From positions 19,096 to 83,095 of the forward strand of contig CAZTNC010000015.1 in the NCBI GenBank assembly GCA_964614915.1: a stretch of DNA of 64,000 bases, written 5' to 3'. This stretch comes from an uncultured Thiotrichales bacterium (GTDB lineage: Bacteria > Pseudomonadota > Gammaproteobacteria > UBA4575). Of this stretch, positions 27,992 to 39,165 are shown one piece after another. Every line of letters begins with the position of its first letter. Within the stretch, counting starts at the first letter, position 1. The notes under the pieces were generated by a model. It saw only the letters and a program-made list of their open reading frames with translations. It was not told the origin of the DNA and ran no database searches. The position numbers were made by a program, and so were the translations under genes.

Positions 27992-28975
27992 TCAGCGAAC
28001 CGTTGGCTGCATGAGGAGTTCGCGAACCGGCTTGACGAGCACGCTTCCCAGTTGCCTTGAAAACCGTTGCAAGACATCCTCGCGGTAGGTGTAATCCTGG
28101 ATGCCCTCGACACCCACCACCTCGCGTGCCACGTAGCCGGCACTGCCAAAGCCGTCCACGAGTCCCATTTCAAATGCCTGTTCCCCGGTCCAGAACAGCC
28201 CGCTGAATACCTTGGCTTCATCAATAAGCCGGTCTCCCCTTCCCTGCCTGACCGCTTCAATGAACTGCTGGTGGATCTCATCGAGCAGTTTCTGCACGTG
28301 TGCCTTCTCGAACGGCTCTTCTGGCGAAAATGGGTCGAGCAGCCCCTTGTGCTCACCGGCGATCATGAGTCGGCGCTCGATGCCAAGCTTCTCCATCGCC
28401 TCGACAAACCCAAAGCCGTCCATCATCACACCGATGGAACCGACGATACTGGCCTTGTCCGCGTAAATCTCGTCTGCGGCCACTGCTGCAAATACTCCAC
28501 CCGAAGCACAGATATCAGTGACCACCGCATACAGGGGCTTGTCGGGATAAAGCTCGCGCAAGCGCGTGATCTCGCGATTGATATAGCCGGCCTGCACGGG
28601 ACTTCCTCCCGGGGAGTTGATCTTCAGGATCACGGCCGCTGAGCGGGGATTCTCGAAAGCTGCCTGCAACCCGGAAATTACATTGCGCGCGCTGGCAGTC
28701 TCGCCATCTGCAATTACGCCTGTCATCTCCACCATCGCCGTGTGCCGTGTGCCGTCAGGAAGCGTGGACAGGTTCCAGTCCATCATGCCGATGAGAAACA
28801 GGCCGAGGTAGGCAAAGCCAAGCGATTTGAAAAATATTCCCCAGCGGCGCGCCCGCTGCTGCTCCCTGAGACCCGCCGAGGCCAGCTTGACGATGGCATC
28901 CTGCTCCCAGGAGGAAACCGTGCGCGCAGGGCGCGAGCGTTCGCCCATTTCTTCCAGATTGATCTCAGGTTCCAT
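27992..28975 (-). CDS. sppA: S49 family signal peptide peptidase SppA (36K type)
   Basis: INSPGGS and ASGG catalytic motifs; N-terminal TM anchor. Confidence 0.8.
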   Translation of the reverse strand: MEPEINLEEMGERSRPARTVSSWEQDAIVKLASAGLREQQRARRWGIFFKSLGFAYLGLFLIGMMDWNLSTLPDGTRHTAMVEMTGVIADGETASARNVISGLQAAFENPRSAAVILKINSPGGSPVQAGYINREITRLRELYPDKPLYAVVTDICASGGVFAAVAADEIYADKASIVGSIGVMMDGFGFVEAMEKLGIERRLMIAGEHKGLLDPFSPEEPFEKAHVQKLLDEIHQQFIEAVRQGRGDRLIDEAKVFSGLFWTGEQAFEMGLVDGFGSAGYVAREVVGVEGIQDYTYREDVLQRFSRQLGSVLVKPVRELLMQPTVR

Positions 28976-29936
28976 ACTCGGTATCCGGCTCGGGACCCCC
29001 GGTCCTTTCCGCGCGCATGAACGCGGGTGCGGTGAGGCATTCCAGGAAGTCGTTCAGTTCGGGACTCAACGGTGCTTTTATAGCATACTTCGCGCCGCTG
29101 CTTCGACACTGGAAGCTGACCTTCGAAGCATGCAGGAACATGCGTCTGAGCCCATCTTTTCGACAGGCGCGGTTGAATGCGAAGTCCCCGTGTTTCGGGT
29201 CCCCTGCCACCGGATGACCGACCTGCGCGGCATGAATGCGGATCTGGTGAGTACGCCCGGTACTGATCCTGATTTTCATCAGGGAGAGACCGGCATATAC
29301 CTGCAGCGGGGAGAAGTGGCTGACGGCTGTCTGGTAGCGTTCACCCGCGGCTGCCCTGTCCGCCTTCTTTTTCAGCGGCACAAGGATTTTTTTCATACCT
29401 TGGTTCCAGGTCCCCTTGACCAGCGCCAGGTACTCCTTCTCGATTTTGCGGTCCCTGAGCAGTGCATGCAGCTCATCAAGCATGGTCTTGTCTTTTGCAA
29501 TCAGCAGGCAGCCGCTCGTGTGGCGGTCCAGCCGGTGGGCGAGCTCCAGAAAAGGTGCCTTCGGACGAGCAGCCCGCAGCACCTCGATCACTCCAAACGG
29601 AGCGAGGTGACCCGGGTGCACGGCGATGCCAGCCGGTTTGTTGATGGCGAGAACCGATGCATCCTCATACAGGATGCAAGACTGGATCCTGGACTTGAGA
29701 TCCTCGGGGATAACCGGGGCACGGACCGGTGCAGTGCGCAGTTGTGGAACCGTCACCGTGTCCTTGTCGACCAGCCGTCGGGTTTGCCGGATGCGCTTGC
29801 CGTTGATTCTGATTTTGCCGGTGCGCAGCAAACGGTAGATCAGGCTTTTGGGAACACCTTTGAGGTTGGCGAACAGGAAGTTGTCGATCCGCTGGCCTTC
29901 CCGGGTGGAGTCAATGACATAGGTGGTCGACTTCAT
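28965..29936 (-). CDS. rluC: 23S rRNA pseudouridine synthase RluC (RluA family)
   Basis: S4 domain then HRLDRHTSG catalytic motif; divergent from rne as in E. coli; ATG at 29936 (MKSTTYVI...). Confidence 0.85.
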   Translation of the reverse strand: MKSTTYVIDSTREGQRIDNFLFANLKGVPKSLIYRLLRTGKIRINGKRIRQTRRLVDKDTVTVPQLRTAPVRAPVIPEDLKSRIQSCILYEDASVLAINKPAGIAVHPGHLAPFGVIEVLRAARPKAPFLELAHRLDRHTSGCLLIAKDKTMLDELHALLRDRKIEKEYLALVKGTWNQGMKKILVPLKKKADRAAAGERYQTAVSHFSPLQVYAGLSLMKIRISTGRTHQIRIHAAQVGHPVAGDPKHGDFAFNRACRKDGLRRMFLHASKVSFQCRSSGAKYAIKAPLSPELNDFLECLTAPAFMRAERTGGPEPDTEYGT

Positions 29937-29963
29937 AATGGAACCACAATGCCCCGGCGGCAT

Positions 29964-30361
29964 TACGATGCGCCGGTTTTCGGGACATCATGTATTACAA
30001 CAGTATATCTTGTTAATTATGGAATAGTTACGTACCATTGCTGTCACGGTGCCAACAATGAATTGCATGATTGATGCAGCACCGTTTAGGGTTAGATTTT
30101 CTGCTTCCACAGCGTTGGGTATTTCTACAACCGCTATGGAAGAAAGCTTGAGCCACGCCGACCGATGTATTCCGACGGAACCACACGCGGGGGCTCATAA
30201 GTAAAAGATGATTGGTTTACTAAGTTTCACAGTCCGCCTTTTCCACGGACCCCATTCCATCGTATCTGCAGGCCAGGCACATCAAGGTCGTGCCGGAATC
30301 ATTATGGAGTGGCAACCAGCATACGCGTCGCGTGGAAAGCGGGCACTACACAGAGTTAGCA
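29964..30361 (+). promoter_or_regulatory. long rne 5' leader / promoter region (candidate autoregulatory UTR)
   Basis: about 400-bp non-coding gap upstream of rne, by analogy with the enterobacterial rne leader; structure not verified. Confidence 0.35.
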
Positions 30362-32332
30362 ATGAAAAGAATTTTGATCAATGCCACACAACAGGAAGAG
30401 TTGCGGGTCGGGATGGTCGATGGACAGCGACTGTACGATCTCGACATAGAACTACCTTCACGAAACCAGAAAAAAGATAACATCTACAAGGGCACCATCA
30501 CCCGAATCCAGCCGAGCCTGGAGGCAGCCTTTGTCAACTACGGCGCCGAGCGCCACGGGTTTCTTCCCTTCAAGGAAATCTCGCGAGATTTCCTGAGCGG
30601 TTCACCAAGCAACAACGGTGAGCGCGTGCCTATCCGCAACCTCATCTCCGAAGGCCAGGAAATCATCGTGCAGGTCGAGCGCGAAGAGCGCGGCAACAAG
30701 GGCGCTGCACTCACCACGTACATCAGCCTGGCCGGGCGCTATCTCGTTCTGATGCCGAACAACCCGCGCGCAAACGGGGTATCCCGGCGCATCGAGGGTG
30801 AAGATCGCGAAGAAATCCGAAGCGTGCTGTCCAAGCTCGAGGTTCCTAAAGGCATGGGAGTCATTGCGCGAACCGCCGGAGTGGGACATTCACCGGAAGA
30901 CCTTCAATGGGATCTCGACTACCTGCAAAAGGTCTATGCTGCCATCAAGGCAGCAGCCGACTCCAAAAACAAACCGTTCCTGATCTACCAGGAAAGCAAT
31001 GTCATCATTCGTGCACTGCGCGATCACCTGCGTGATGACATCAGCGAGATCATCATCGATGACCCGGACGTGTTTCATGAAGCCAAGAAGTTTGTCGAGC
31101 AGGTCATGCCGCACAACCTGAAAAAGCTGAAGCAATACGAAGACCATGTGCCCCTGTTCAACCGTTACCAGATTGAATCCCAGATCGAATCCGCATTCGA
31201 GCGTGAAGTCACCCTGCCCTCCGGCGGGTCAATGGTCATCGATCATACCGAGGCCATGATCTGTATCGACATCAACTCGGCCAGGGCGACCAAGGGCAGC
31301 GACATCGAGGAAACCGCGCTCAACACTAATCTTGAAGCTGCGGACGAGACCGCACGGCAGCTTCGGCTGCGCGACCTCGGCGGGCTGATCATCATCGACT
31401 TCATTGACATGACGCCCGAGAAGAACCGCCGCGAAGTGGAAAAGCGTTTGCGCGAGGCACTCAAGATCGACCGCGCACGCGTGCAGCTCGGGCACATCTC
31501 CCAGTTCGGGCTGCTGGAGATGTCACGCCAGCGGCTGCGGCCTTCTCTGGAGGAGTCGAGCCAGATCGTATGCCCGCGGTGCACCGGCCATGGAACCATT
31601 CGCAGCGTCGAGTCGCTGGCACTCGCAGTCCTTCGCCTGATTGAGGAAGAAGCCATAAAGGAAAGCACCGGCAAGGTCATCGCCAAGCTTCCTGTTGAGG
31701 TCACGAGCTTCCTGCTGAACGAAAAACGCATCGGCATCAGCGAGGTCGAGGCGCGCCATGCCGTGCAACTCGTGATTGTGCCGGACCCGAACCTGGAAAC
31801 TCCGCACTTTTCCGTGGAAAGGGTTCGAAGCCAGGATGCCAAACCCGACCAGAAATCAAGCTACGAGCACATCCCCCAGGAAGAAACCGGACTCACGTCT
31901 TACCAGCGTGCCCCGGTAGTCGCGGAGCAACCGGCTGTGAAATCCATTCATGCGAGCACTCCGGCCCCCTCTTCGAAAACGCAATCCGGCCCCAAGACCG
32001 GGGCCCCTCGCCCACTGAAGACCCTTCTGGGGTGGCTTTCGGGCGGCAACAAGACATCCACGCAGGACGAAGAAGCAGCTACGTCCAAGAGTGCAGAACC
32101 TGCCCGCGAGCAAAGCACCCCGACGCGCGCGCGCAGCGGCCAGCGGCGACGTGGTTCGCGGAATCCCTCACGTGGCGGCCAGCGGCGAAGGGATGGCTCC
32201 AGAAAAACGGATGACCAGCGAAGGGCAGGCTCTGCACGAAAAGGCCCCGGCAACCGGGACCAGGCCAGCAGCAAGCCGACGAACCCGGGCAAGTCTCCGT
32301 CATCGGATTCGGGCAAAACTTCTTCGCAGTAG
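30362..32332 (+). CDS. rne: ribonuclease E (short form, catalytic N-terminal half plus Arg/Ser-rich tail)
   Basis: [31 protein letters not shown]-terminus, S1 domain, DNase-I-like and Zn-link (CPRCTGHG) regions. Confidence 0.9.
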   Translation: MKRILINATQQEELRVGMVDGQRLYDLDIELPSRNQKKDNIYKGTITRIQPSLEAAFVNYGAERHGFLPFKEISRDFLSGSPSNNGERVPIRNLISEGQEIIVQVEREERGNKGAALTTYISLAGRYLVLMPNNPRANGVSRRIEGEDREEIRSVLSKLEVPKGMGVIARTAGVGHSPEDLQWDLDYLQKVYAAIKAAADSKNKPFLIYQESNVIIRALRDHLRDDISEIIIDDPDVFHEAKKFVEQVMPHNLKKLKQYEDHVPLFNRYQIESQIESAFEREVTLPSGGSMVIDHTEAMICIDINSARATKGSDIEETALNTNLEAADETARQLRLRDLGGLIIIDFIDMTPEKNRREVEKRLREALKIDRARVQLGHISQFGLLEMSRQRLRPSLEESSQIVCPRCTGHGTIRSVESLALAVLRLIEEEAIKESTGKVIAKLPVEVTSFLLNEKRIGISEVEARHAVQLVIVPDPNLETPHFSVERVRSQDAKPDQKSSYEHIPQEETGLTSYQRAPVVAEQPAVKSIHASTPAPSSKTQSGPKTGAPRPLKTLLGWLSGGNKTSTQDEEAATSKSAEPAREQSTPTRARSGQRRRGSRNPSRGGQRRRDGSRKTDDQRRAGSARKGPGNRDQASSKPTNPGKSPSSDSGKTSSQ

Positions 32333-32376
32333 ACTGCGAAACAGGCGGTATTCTCCTGGGGGAGCCTGCGTCCGGC

Positions 32377-32910
32377 TTATGCGGGGGTTTCAAGCGCGTG
32401 ATGGGTCTGGATATGTTCCAGCAGTCCGCTGCATGCATCCTCGATCAGGTCCAGGACGGTCTCAAATCCGTTGAGCCCCCCATAATAGGGATCGGGGACT
32501 TCCTCGCGCTCGGTGCGCCGGGCAAAATCCAGCAGCAGGCGCACCTTGTCCTTCCGGGTTTTTGGGCAATGCGCCAACAGGTCCTCGTGATTCTGATGGT
32601 CCATGGCGAGGATGAGGTCGAACGCCATGAAATCCTGGGCTCTGACCTTTCGGGCTCGCAGATGCTCCAGGGAATAACCTCGCTGGGCCGCCACGGCCCG
32701 GGCTCGTGAATCCGGAGGCTCGCCGGTGTGGTAGGCATAGGTGCCCGCAGAATCCACGCCGATGACCTCCTGCAAGGAATGCTTTTCAACCAGGTTTTGG
32801 AAGACGCCATGGGCCATGGGGGAGCGGCAGATGTTTCCCATGCACACGAACAGTATGTTGATGTCCTTGCGCGTCGCCGGATTTTCGGGGAGTTTCAGTT
32901 CGATCTGCAT
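32377..32910 (-). CDS. low-molecular-weight protein-tyrosine phosphatase
   Basis: CMGNICRS P-loop (CX5R) and a distal DPYY general-acid motif. Confidence 0.85.
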   Translation of the reverse strand: MQIELKLPENPATRKDINILFVCMGNICRSPMAHGVFQNLVEKHSLQEVIGVDSAGTYAYHTGEPPDSRARAVAAQRGYSLEHLRARKVRAQDFMAFDLILAMDHQNHEDLLAHCPKTRKDKVRLLLDFARRTEREEVPDPYYGGLNGFETVLDLIEDACSGLLEHIQTHHALETPA

Positions 32911-32968
32911 CCTGTCAGCCCATTGCGATTGGTTTGAGTGTGCAGTTGTAGGCGATCACACACCTCGG

Positions 32969-34306
32969 CTAGCGATCGAATACCAGCGCCTCCCCAAGAA
33001 AAGGCGCCTCCGACAGCCGGCCTTCTTCGAACACTACCTGACCGTTGAGGATGGTGGTGTCGATCGTCGAGCGAAAGGTGTAGCCCGAAAACGGTGACCA
33101 GCCGCACTTGTATAAGACGCTTTCATCGGTGACGGTGCATGGCCTGGATGCATCGATCAATACCAGGTCGGCCCGGTACCCTTCCTCGATAAATCCCCGC
33201 TCGGTGACCGAGAACCGCCTGGCGACATTGTGGCTGGTCTTCTCCACAATTTTCTCCAGGCTCAGGACACCATCATGATAATGCTCCATCAGGCTCAGCA
33301 GGGCATGCTGGACCAGCGGCAGTCCTGCTGGCGACTCCAGGTAGTTGCCGCGCTTTTCCTCAAGCAGGTGCGGGGCGTGATCCGTGGCAATGATGTCGAT
33401 ACGGTCCTCCATCACCGCCCCGAGCAGCCCTTCCCGGTCACGGGCCGTCTTGATCGCCGGATTGCACTTGATCAGCGCACCACGGGTGGCGTAATCCGCG
33501 TCACTGAAGAACAGGTGGTGTACGCAGACCTCCGCTGTGATGGGTTTGCCCTGGACCTCGCCTTCGGTGAACAGCTCCAGTTCCCGTGCCGTCGAGAGAT
33601 GCAGGACGTGCAGCTGGGTGCCGTGTTTTTTCGCCAGGCCGACGACCTTCACCGAGGACTTGTAGCAGGCTTCCTCAGAGCGGATCACAGGATGGTATTC
33701 CACGGGAATGTCGTCCCCGTATTCGCGCTGGAACTTGCGAAGATTCTCGTTGATCATCGGTGTATCCTCGCAATGCGTGATTACCGGTACGGGTGCAAAT
33801 TCGAAGATCCCCTCCAAAGCCTCGTCACGATCGACCAACAGATTCCCGGTCGAGGCTCCCATGAAAACCTTGATGCCGCAGGCCAAGTCTTTGGGTAAAC
33901 GTTTAATCTCTTCAAGGTTGTCATTGCTGGTGCCCATGTAGAAGGCGTAGTTCGCACGCGCGCATTTGGCTGCAATCCGGTACTTGTCCCGGAGCCTGTC
34001 CACAGTCAAGGTCGGAGGAGAGACATTGGGCATGTCCATGAAACTCGTGATGCCACCAGCAATGGCCGCACGTGATTCGGTTGCAATCTCCGCTTTATGG
34101 GTCAGGCCGGGTTCGCGAAAGTGAACCTGGTCATCGATCATCCCGGGGATCAGGAACTTTCCATCGGCATCGATGACGCGTTTTGCTGGTTTGTGCTGCA
34201 GGTCCGCATCGATATGCGCAATCCGCTTGTCCACAACCAGGACATCTTGTTCGGTGATAACGTGATTGTTGACCACGCGTGCATTGGTGATCAAAAGGTC
34301 GTGCAT
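32969..34306 (-). CDS. pyrC: dihydroorotase (class I, cyclic amidohydrolase)
   Basis: DDQVHFREPG and ATDHAPH metal-site motifs; 445 aa. Confidence 0.8.
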   Translation of the reverse strand: MHDLLITNARVVNNHVITEQDVLVVDKRIAHIDADLQHKPAKRVIDADGKFLIPGMIDDQVHFREPGLTHKAEIATESRAAIAGGITSFMDMPNVSPPTLTVDRLRDKYRIAAKCARANYAFYMGTSNDNLEEIKRLPKDLACGIKVFMGASTGNLLVDRDEALEGIFEFAPVPVITHCEDTPMINENLRKFQREYGDDIPVEYHPVIRSEEACYKSSVKVVGLAKKHGTQLHVLHLSTARELELFTEGEVQGKPITAEVCVHHLFFSDADYATRGALIKCNPAIKTARDREGLLGAVMEDRIDIIATDHAPHLLEEKRGNYLESPAGLPLVQHALLSLMEHYHDGVLSLEKIVEKTSHNVARRFSVTERGFIEEGYRADLVLIDASRPCTVTDESVLYKCGWSPFSGYTFRSTIDTTILNGQVVFEEGRLSEAPFLGEALVFDR

Positions 34307-34366
34307 AAGACTACTTTTCCAACATCCATTAGAAACAAGCGAGCCGCGTGGCCGCGGTAAGATCCC

Positions 34367-34558
34367 TCACTCCAGCCGGTTCACCAGCCGGTACACGGCA
34401 ATCAGAATTCCAAAGCCCACATACATTCCCAGCAGGCAGATCAGCATCAAAATCCCTAGGCCGGGCTCAATGACACCGGATCGAACCAGTGCGAACACCC
34501 CAATTGCTATGCCGATGAATGCAGAGACAGCACCTGCTGTAACAAGTATTTTTGTCAT
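34367..34558 (-). CDS. hypothetical small membrane protein (63 aa, two TM helices)
   Basis: AGGA Shine-Dalgarno; strongly hydrophobic. Confidence 0.3.
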   Translation of the reverse strand: MTKILVTAGAVSAFIGIAIGVFALVRSGVIEPGLGILMLICLLGMYVGFGILIAVYRLVNRLE

Positions 34559-34707
34559 GAAATCCTGTGTGAATTTCTCGCACCCAAAGTATCAGTGCCA
34601 CCTTACACGAAAATACCCCGGGATTCATGAATCTCCTGATTCGCTGTCTGCAGAATGAACCCCGCATGATTTCAGCTACAGATGGCAATCTCTGATTAGA
34701 GCTCAGC

Positions 34708-34795
34708 TGGCGGAGAGGGAGGGATTCGAACCCCCGGACCCTTTCGAGTCAACGGTTTTCAAGACCGCCGCATTCGACCACTCTGCCACCTCTCC
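34708..34795 (-). tRNA. tRNA-Ser (anticodon UGA)
   Basis: reverse complement reads GGAGAGGTGGCAGAGTGGTCGAATGCGGCGGTCTTGAAAACCG...GGTTCGAATCCCTCCCTCTCCGCCA; long variable arm, anticodon TGA. Confidence 0.9.
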
Positions 34796-34939
34796 GGTCA
34801 AGCTGGGAAGAATACCCGAATAGAGCCGGGAACTACCAGCACTGATGTTGTCTAAAAAGTAGTGAAGATGACTTGAATTCGTCTAGAAAACCATTATGTT
34901 AGAAACATCAAACATTTTTATTCTGGAGAACAAGCAAAT

Positions 34940-35611
34940 ATGAGCGATCCAAGACTGCAAATGGGTAGTGTAAGCCAGGCTAGTGTCTTAGCCACCAACA
35001 AGGTGCTGCGCAATACCTATGCACTTCTTTCAGCTACCCTGATTTTCAGTGCACTGATGGCTGCCTTGTCGACCGTATTGCATGTCGGTCACGGTACCAG
35101 TCTGATCTGTTCCTTTGCCGCCCTTGCGCTGATCTGGTTCGTGCTGCCCCGTACGGCTGAATCTGCGACCGGCATTGCCGTTGTATTTGCCTTCACGGGC
35201 CTGCTGGGCTTCGGGCTTGGACCAGTACTGAATTTCTACCTGAACATGACGCACGGCGCACAAGCAATTGCGACGTCCCTGGGGGGTACTGCAGTCGTGT
35301 TCATCGGACTTTCAGGCTATGCCCTGGCTACGCAACGTGACTTCAGCTTCCTGGGAGGATTCCTGTTTTCCGGGCTGATGGTGGTGTTGCTGGCTGCGCT
35401 GGCCGGAATTTTCCTCAACATGCCGGGCCTGTGGCTGGCCATCAATGCTGCGGTAATCCTGATATTCAGTGGTTTCATCCTGTTTGATACGAGCCGCATC
35501 ATCAATGGCGGGGTCACCAACTATGTCATTGCCACAACCTCGATCTACCTGAGCATATACAACATATTCATTTCCCTGTTGCACTTGGTGGGTTTCGCAG
35601 GCAACGACTAG
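34940..35611 (+). CDS. Bax inhibitor-1/YccA family membrane protein
   Basis: seven TM helices, typical BI-1 length and pattern. Confidence 0.8.
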   Translation: MSDPRLQMGSVSQASVLATNKVLRNTYALLSATLIFSALMAALSTVLHVGHGTSLICSFAALALIWFVLPRTAESATGIAVVFAFTGLLGFGLGPVLNFYLNMTHGAQAIATSLGGTAVVFIGLSGYALATQRDFSFLGGFLFSGLMVVLLAALAGIFLNMPGLWLAINAAVILIFSGFILFDTSRIINGGVTNYVIATTSIYLSIYNIFISLLHLVGFAGND

Positions 35612-35623
35612 ACCGGGTCGTCG

Positions 35624-35809
35624 ATGGATTGGATGAAGTTTGCCTACGCGGCGCTGGTCGTCGCCCTGCTCATCTTCATTTTTCCTGCGGCAAAGTACTG
35701 GCTGAAAAACAGCCCGAAGGCCGAACGAGGTGACTGGCAGGCATTCCTGCTGCCGATCAGCCTGGTGGTACTGTTTGTCGCTGGCCTGATGTGGATCGTA
35801 AGCCAGTAG
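35624..35809 (+). CDS. hypothetical small membrane protein (61 aa)
   Basis: two hydrophobic helices; weak RBS. Confidence 0.3.
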   Translation: MDWMKFAYAALVVALLIFIFPAAKYWLKNSPKAERGDWQAFLLPISLVVLFVAGLMWIVSQ

Positions 35810-35858
35810 AGGCGGATTCCTGATTCACGAGGTTGCTGAGTCTTCGCGCTCGGCAGCC

Positions 35859-36341
35859 TCAATCCCTGAAATTATCGAACTGCACTGGGATGCCCAGCTT
35901 GGCGTCCCGGAGCATGCCCATGACCTTCTGCAGATCGTCGCGCTTTTTCCCGGAAACACGGACCTTGTCCCCCTGGATCGCGGTCTGGACTTTGATCTTG
36001 GAATCCTTGATGAGTTTGACCACCTTCTTGGCAGTGGCCTGGTCAATTCCCTGCCGTACCGCCAAAACCTGTCGCGCACGCATATTGGCCTCCTCCACTT
36101 CGCCCCTTTCCAGACAGCCCACGTCAATTCCTCGCTTGGCCATTTTCTGAATGAGAATGTCATAGATCTGGTCGATCTGGAATTCGGATTGCGCCTCGAT
36201 GCGCAAGGCGGAGTCTACCTGATGGACCTTCGCATCCGATCCCCTGAAATCGTACCGGTTGGAGATTTCCCGGTTTGCCTGATCTAGTGCGTTGGTCAGC
36301 TCGTGAGCATCCACTTCGGATACCGCATCAAATGAAGGCAT
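35859..36341 (-). CDS. yajQ: YajQ family cyclic-di-GMP-binding protein (UPF0234)
   Basis: MPSFDVVSE N-terminus and overall YajQ pattern. Confidence 0.85.
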   Translation of the reverse strand: MPSFDAVSEVDAHELTNALDQANREISNRYDFRGSDAKVHQVDSALRIEAQSEFQIDQIYDILIQKMAKRGIDVGCLERGEVEEANMRARQVLAVRQGIDQATAKKVVKLIKDSKIKVQTAIQGDKVRVSGKKRDDLQKVMGMLRDAKLGIPVQFDNFRD

Positions 36342-36391
36342 GGTTCAGTATCCTCCTGTTTGGACGGGTTGAAAGCAGATAGAATTATACA

Positions 36392-36766
36392 ATGTCCCGA
36401 CTGGCCATCCTCCTCGGTTCCGGCAATGCCGCGCTAGCGATTGCACTGAGCGCCTATGCGGCTCACGCACTGCGCCCTGCCTGGTCGGAGCACAGGTATT
36501 CGATTTTCCAGATCGCGGTGGATTATCACCTGTATCATGCGCTAGGTCTGGTGGTGGTTGGGACCCTGATTGCCCAGCATGCCGACCGGGGGCTGCTCAA
36601 GGCCGCCGCTGCAGTCATGCTGGCTGGAATGACTCTCTTTTGTGGAAGTCTCTACTTCCTCAGCCTGACTGAACTTGCCTGGTCAGGCAGGGTCACCCCG
36701 TTTGGCGGGGTGGCGTTCATCGTCTCATGGGGCCTGGTGATGATCGCCTATTTCAGGAAAAGCTGA
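36392..36766 (+). CDS. DUF423 domain membrane protein (YgdD-like)
   Basis: 124 aa, four TM helices, DYHLYHAL motif. Confidence 0.7.
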   Translation: MSRLAILLGSGNAALAIALSAYAAHALRPAWSEHRYSIFQIAVDYHLYHALGLVVVGTLIAQHADRGLLKAAAAVMLAGMTLFCGSLYFLSLTELAWSGRVTPFGGVAFIVSWGLVMIAYFRKS

Positions 36767-36807
36767 CTGAGAGTGAGACGGCAGGCTGAAGCTAGGCCGG
36801 CTTGGGG

Positions 36808-37296
36808 TTAGCAGCTGGCTCCCCCCAATACCCTGACCTCATCACCAACCGCGATTCTCCCGCCTGTCTGCACCGATGCTGTGACACCTCCATGGTTCCA
36901 CATGGCATTGAACCCACCGTACCCCAGGGCCTTTTCCATTTTGGCGCAGGGCACGCAATCTCCCGTCACCTGGAGCACCGCATCGTTGATCCCGATCTCA
37001 AGATCCTTGCAGAGCCCGAGATTGATGCCCGATACCACGATGTTGCGTCTGAGCACTTCTGGGAAAACGGCTTCCTTGCCCAGCAAGGCGGCAACCACCG
37101 GAAGGTATTCAGCCTGAATCAGGGTTACCTGACGGTGGCTTCCTGTACGCTGGCCTGCCTTGTCCCCCTCGAGTCCATGGTCTTGAAGCAGCGTGGCGGC
37201 ATCCACGACATCCATGGCCTCACCCGAAGCCTTTCTGAGTCCGATCCACTCGATCTTGCCGCTTTGGGGAAAGTGGTCCTTGAGTCCGGCAGTCAT
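36808..37296 (-). CDS. MOSC domain-containing protein
   Basis: conserved Cys near the C-terminus (GDCVPC) and a beta-barrel-like MOSC pattern; ATG at 37296 avoids overlap with serS (ORF open to 37383). Confidence 0.65.
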   Translation of the reverse strand: MTAGLKDHFPQSGKIEWIGLRKASGEAMDVVDAATLLQDHGLEGDKAGQRTGSHRQVTLIQAEYLPVVAALLGKEAVFPEVLRRNIVVSGINLGLCKDLEIGINDAVLQVTGDCVPCAKMEKALGYGGFNAMWNHGGVTASVQTGGRIAVGDEVRVLGGASC

Positions 37297-37318
37297 CGGT
37301 AGCGGTCCTTTGGCATCT

Positions 37319-38599
37319 TTATGGGGAAGCAATGATTTCAAGCCCGCCCATATAGGGCTGCAGAACGTCGGGAACACGGACACGTGCCTGGTCGTCCTGG
37401 TAGTTTTCCAGGATCGCGACCAGCGTTCGGCCTGCAGCCAGACCTGAACCGTTCAGCGTATGCAAGAGTTCGGTTTTCCCGGTCGCGGGGTTTTTCCAGC
37501 GGGCCTTGAGCCTTCTGGCTTGGAAATCCACAAAATTGCTGCAGGAGGAAATCTCGCGATAGCGGCCTTCGCCTGGCAGCCAGACTTCGATATCGTAGGT
37601 CTTGGCTGCAGCAAACCCCAGATCACCCGTGCACAGGGTCACAACCCGGTAGGGCAATCCGAGTTTTTGCAGGATGATTTCTGCATGCTGCGTGAGTTCT
37701 TCAAGCGCGCGCCAGGATGCTTCGGGCTTGACGAGCTGTACGAGTTCGACCTTTTCAAACTGATGCTGGCGGATCATGCCCCGCGTGTCCTTGCCATACG
37801 AGCCGGCTTCCGAGCGAAAGCAGGGTGTGTGGCAGACATATTTGACGGGTAGCTCACTTTCTTTGGCAATGTGATCGCGCCAAAGGTTGGTCACCGGCAC
37901 TTCCGCGGTTGGAATCAGGTAATACGGATTGTCGGTGGCCAGCTTGAACAAATCAGCTTCGAATTTAGGCAACTGGCCGGTGCAGGTCAGGCTTTTGTCA
38001 TTGACAATGTACGGGACGTACACTTCCTGGTAATCGTGTTCCGAGACATGGGTGTCCAGCATGAACTGGATCAGTGCGCGGTGCAGCCGGGCTACCTGGC
38101 CCTGCATGGTGACGAACCGGCTGCCGGTGATGCTAGCGGACTTTCCAAAATCAAGTCCTCCGATGCGCTCTCCAATCTCCACGTGACCGAGTACCGGGAA
38201 ATCAAATTCCGGAGTCTCGCCCCACGTCCGCACCACTGCATTGTCCGCCTCGGTGTCACCATCCGGAACACTCTCGTGGGGAAGATTAGGCAGAGTCAGC
38301 ATCCATGCATGAATTTCCGATTGCAGCTGCTCGAGTTCGGCTTTTCCTGCTTCAAGTTCCGCGTTGACCGTTTTCATCTCATCCATCAGGCCCGAGATGT
38401 CCTCACCCGAGGATTTGCCCTGCGCGATCCGCCTGGAATTCGTGTTGCGCTGGTTCTGCAGGCTTTCCGCATCCGTTTGCAACTGCTTGCGTTTTTGCTC
38501 CCGAGTGACAAACCAGTCCTGGTCAATCGTCAGTGTGCGACGCCCGAGCTGCCTGGCCACCTCATCCAGTTCGGTTCGCAACATCTTGGGATCCAGCAT
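37319..38599 (-). CDS. serS: serine--tRNA ligase
   Basis: 426 aa, N-terminal coiled coil and class II aaRS motifs. Confidence 0.95.
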   Translation of the reverse strand: MLDPKMLRTELDEVARQLGRRTLTIDQDWFVTREQKRKQLQTDAESLQNQRNTNSRRIAQGKSSGEDISGLMDEMKTVNAELEAGKAELEQLQSEIHAWMLTLPNLPHESVPDGDTEADNAVVRTWGETPEFDFPVLGHVEIGERIGGLDFGKSASITGSRFVTMQGQVARLHRALIQFMLDTHVSEHDYQEVYVPYIVNDKSLTCTGQLPKFEADLFKLATDNPYYLIPTAEVPVTNLWRDHIAKESELPVKYVCHTPCFRSEAGSYGKDTRGMIRQHQFEKVELVQLVKPEASWRALEELTQHAEIILQKLGLPYRVVTLCTGDLGFAAAKTYDIEVWLPGEGRYREISSCSNFVDFQARRLKARWKNPATGKTELLHTLNGSGLAAGRTLVAILENYQDDQARVRVPDVLQPYMGGLEIIASP

Positions 38600-38616
38600 G
38601 AGTTATACCCCTGCCT

Positions 38617-38988
38617 TCAAAAGGCACGCGCCAAGGTCATGCCAAGATAGCAGGCTCCCAGGCACAAGACGATACTGGCCGTGACATTGACCGCTGCACC
38701 CAGCACACTGCCCTGCTGGAGCAGATGCAGGGTTTCTATCGAAAAGGCCGAGAAAGTGGTGAATCCCCCAAGAAGCCCCACCAAGAGCGCCAGCCGGATT
38801 TCGTCCACCACAACCCAGCGCTCCAGCAACACGATCGACAGCACACCGATCAGCAAGGACCCCGTGACATTGACAAGCAGCGTTCCAAAAGGGAATTTGC
38901 AGCCCCACCAGTGTGTGCACTGCACCTGAATCAGGTATCTCAGCACCGAGCCCAGCGCTCCTCCTACAGCAATGCTTGCCAGCGTCAA
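38617..38988 (-). CDS. crcB: fluoride efflux channel CrcB/FluC
   Basis: four TM helices, GxxGGxTTFSTF-like motif (GGFTTFSAFS); TTG start with an AGGAGA Shine-Dalgarno. Confidence 0.85.
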   Translation of the reverse strand: MTLASIAVGGALGSVLRYLIQVQCTHWWGCKFPFGTLLVNVTGSLLIGVLSIVLLERWVVVDEIRLALLVGLLGGFTTFSAFSIETLHLLQQGSVLGAAVNVTASIVLCLGACYLGMTLARAF

Positions 38989-39165
38989 ATCAGGTCTCCT
39001 TCTTACACCTAGCGGTCAATTACAAGCTGGTTTGATCAGTGGTATATTGGCTTGACGCCAATAATGGTACCGCAAGTTGGCGCATCCATGACGAAACTCT
39101 TGGCGATGGCGCCCTGGTGCAAGACAGGGATGGTCAGCAGCCGGTAAGCGCAAAGCTCTGTTGGT

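Noticed and set aside
38989-39165. Looked for a fluoride riboswitch (crcB motif) upstream of crcB
   Set aside because: Neither strand contains the conserved GGnGAUGG...CUGAUGAUnCCUnC blocks. The GGCGATGGCGCC on the plus strand is in the wrong orientation and lacks the downstream pseudoknot elements.
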